From a virus (lineage: Duplodnaviria; Caudoviricetes): 52,691 nt of DNA. The notes under the pieces are model-generated. The model saw only the letters and a program-made list of their open reading frames with translations. It was not told where the DNA came from and searched no databases. Within the stretch, counting starts at the first letter, position 1. Each line of letters opens with the position of its first letter. Positions 50,489 to 52,691 of this stretch are shown here, one piece after another. Position numbers and translations under genes: made by a program. The stretch spans positions 1 through 52,691 of the IMG/VR virus record IMGVR_UViG_3300012920_000056, one strand, 5' to 3'.

Positions 50489-52691
50489 GCACTTGTAATA
50501 TTATAGACGGTCAATTTGCATCCATCAATGGATCAACAACTTACTGCGGAGGCAATATTATTTCAGCGAGTTATAGCCCAAGCTTAATTAATGGATTCAA
50601 TCGCGCAACCGTCACTGTTGCTGGAGCAACATCAACTCCTGGCGGTGGAGAAGGAGCTTCTTTAAGTATAGGCGATTTAGAACTTGATATGCAAGTCGGC
50701 GGAAGTTCCAGTCAAACAAGAGTAGGCTCATATAGTACAATGACTGTAAATTTATATGATAGATCAAATGATTATCTAGATCATAGCTTTATCTTTTTAA
50801 AGGAAGAGGTTCCGAATGAAGGTGCCCCAAATATACTTGGAAGAAAAAGAGGTCCATCCCCTGATTTAAATATTTTAAAAAATGTAGAAATTATCACGCC
50901 CGCATCTGACACAGTATTTGTTGATATTAGAAAATTCTATGAAGATTATAACACTTTTAGGCTTGGCAATGGGAAAACAGAAATTGAATTAGACGCCTTA
51001 ATACAAGACGCTCCAGGAAAAACTTTATATTTTTGGGATGGAAATCCCGATGAAGTAGGAGATACTTTAAAAGAAGCTCTTGGGGATGTTTTAGATGAAG
51101 ACACTGAGTTACCAGAAGGACCATATGATTTTCAAGGAACTTTTCGAGAAGTCATATCGCAAATATGTAATGTGGGGGGATTGATAGCTTGGTGGGATCC
51201 TGAAAAAAATGTTGTCAAAATTGAAGCCCCTTCAAAAACAGCTACACTAGATACTGATGACTGTCGGGTGATCGCAACATCATCATCTAGTGATTATACA
51301 ACAACAAGGGCTCAAGGTGCAGTAGGGACATTTACTAGTAGCTTTCCAGGTGAAACGCAAAGCTCAGCAGGAGGAGAAATGTCAAGATTTTTTAAAGCTA
51401 GTTTATTATCGCCGACTTTTAAAGTAAGAAAGTTTTGTGGAAGTGATGAGTTGACTCCATTAAATGCAGTACAAGTAGATGAAAACGGCAACGCTCAAGC
51501 AAATGGCGACATTGCATTGGCCATGGGAGCAGCCGAAGATTCAAAAATTTTTGCAATGTACGCCTTGCAGTCAGCTCTTAGTATGCAACAAGATGATATT
51601 CCAAAAGTTGATTCAAGTGCTCCGCTGCCTGGGCAGAATAACGCAAAAGACGCTGAAACTTTAAAATTAAATGATTTCGAAAAAAGAGACAAATTATTTA
51701 CGGCAAATAAATTCTTAGCAAATTTTTATTTAGAAGCTGAAAACGATGACTGCAAAAGCAAGGTGTTCGCCGTTGAGCCACGAACAAAAACTGATTTATA
51801 TGATCATATCCAGCATATTGCAGAAGAATCTTGGACTAAATGGACTGCCCCTCCATTAAATTTAATTGGACCATGGAATGGAGAACAATTTCAAAATGGT
51901 ACATTATTCTTACATCACTTCAGAACATTTGGTAGTATACTTGGTGATAATTCTGAACTAACAGGAGATGGAGATATTCTAAGGCAATACTTACTTGCAA
52001 TTAAAAATTTTTACGGAAAATACTATGTAGTTAGAGAAAGCGGAGGGTTAAGATCTGTACGTACTCCAAGCAGAAACTATGGATATTATGTTACTTCTAA
52101 TGCAGCAGCAGGCGGGCAGTCTCCTCAGGCACCTGCAGGGTTTTCTTTGGTACAAATTAATCCATTCGTTAAATTAGGAGACTGCGGGAATACCATTATT
52201 ACAGATTTAGCAAAAGCATTATTAACAATGTATACAGACAAGGCAAATTGTGATTCATCAGATTTATTTGGAGATAAAACTGTAGTTGATTTTATCTACG
52301 CTCTCGACAAAAATAATTTAGAACAATTCTTTCAAGGAGGAGGGGCAAATGAAGCAGAAAAAGAAAATGCTAATGACGTTGCTGAGAAGCAATCTCAAGA
52401 ATATATTATGTATTTAATAACTCCAGAAGGATCATCAGGAGTTCAACAGGAAGCCTTCAAATCAACAACAGAACAATGTTGGGATTATAATACTATTTTT
52501 GAAAAAACCGTACCATCAAAAGCTGTAAGCTTAACAAAAAAAATAGGTCAGATAACCATACAAAAAAATACCAGTGATTCTCCTTCGCCTTTAGATGTAT
52601 TGTTAACTGAAAGAAGTTGGATTTTAAATTATATAACTACTGAAAGCATCGGCGATTTAATTCCAGCAGCATCTATTGCTGTTAGGTCTCC
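50485..52691 (+). CDS. putative baseplate hub / tail protein, truncated by window end
   Basis: ATGA overlap at 50485 (MSTCNIIDGQFASING...); frame appears open to window end, hence absent from ORF track; GTFREVISQICNVGGLIAWWD hub-like motif. Confidence 0.65.
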   Translation, partial: MSTCNIIDGQFASINGSTTYCGGNIISASYSPSLINGFNRATVTVAGATSTPGGGEGASLSIGDLELDMQVGGSSSQTRVGSYSTMTVNLYDRSNDYLDHSFIFLKEEVPNEGAPNILGRKRGPSPDLNILKNVEIITPASDTVFVDIRKFYEDYNTFRLGNGKTEIELDALIQDAPGKTLYFWDGNPDEVGDTLKEALGDVLDEDTELPEGPYDFQGTFREVISQICNVGGLIAWWDPEKNVVKIEAPSKTATLDTDDCRVIATSSSSDYTTTRAQGAVGTFTSSFPGETQSSAGGEMSRFFKASLLSPTFKVRKFCGSDELTPLNAVQVDENGNAQANGDIALAMGAAEDSKIFAMYALQSALSMQQDDIPKVDSSAPLPGQNNAKDAETLKLNDFEKRDKLFTANKFLANFYLEAENDDCKSKVFAVEPRTKTDLYDHIQHIAEESWTKWTAPPLNLIGPWNGEQFQNGTLFLHHFRTFGSILGDNSELTGDGDILRQYLLAIKNFYGKYYVVRESGGLRSVRTPSRNYGYYVTSNAAAGGQSPQAPAGFSLVQINPFVKLGDCGNTIITDLAKALLTMYTDKANCDSSDLFGDKTVVDFIYALDKNNLEQFFQGGGANEAEKENANDVAEKQSQEYIMYLITPEGSSGVQQEAFKSTTEQCWDYNTIFEKTVPSKAVSLTKKIGQITIQKNTSDSPSPLDVLLTERSWILNYITTESIGDLIPAASIAVRS

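Noticed and set aside
1-52691. Stop-codon reassignment, tRNA/rRNA genes, transposases
   Set aside because: Genes tile densely under the standard code with TAA, TAG and TGA all used as stops; no cloverleaf, rRNA or transposase signatures were seen.

Overview
The window is part of an AT-rich, large tailed dsDNA phage genome with a siphovirus-like tail module (no sheath gene seen). It has three parts. (1) 1-9.4 kb is an early/accessory region of about 35 tiny genes, on the + strand to 6800 and the - strand from 6900 to 9339. Many are driven by their own sigma70-type promoter placed so the mRNA is (near-)leaderless. The region is punctuated by seven copies of a 78-bp element of invariant geometry: 25-bp palindrome, 28-bp GC-rich spacer, 25-bp palindrome. 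(2) 9.6-15 kb holds Hsp20 behind a sigma54-like promoter, an orphan Xre/MbcA/ParS-type antitoxin domain, PhoH, a TM+GAF protein, a Cys-cluster sigma-like factor and a C2H2/ERCC4 nuclease. (3) 15-52.7 kb is a virion module: terminase large subunit, portal, protease/scaffold, decoration, major capsid, neck, four tail-tube paralogues, chaperones, a 4445-aa tape measure protein and tail-tip proteins. The two best candidates for an undescribed system are the tape measure protein and the 78-bp element. The tape measure protein is divided by 16 copies of a G-[FY]-[IV]-P-N-[FY] linker into modules that include two PD-(D/E)xK-like nuclease domains and a P-loop kinase, suggesting an injected, modular effector polyprotein. 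All family assignments are from motif recognition by eye; no database searches were run.
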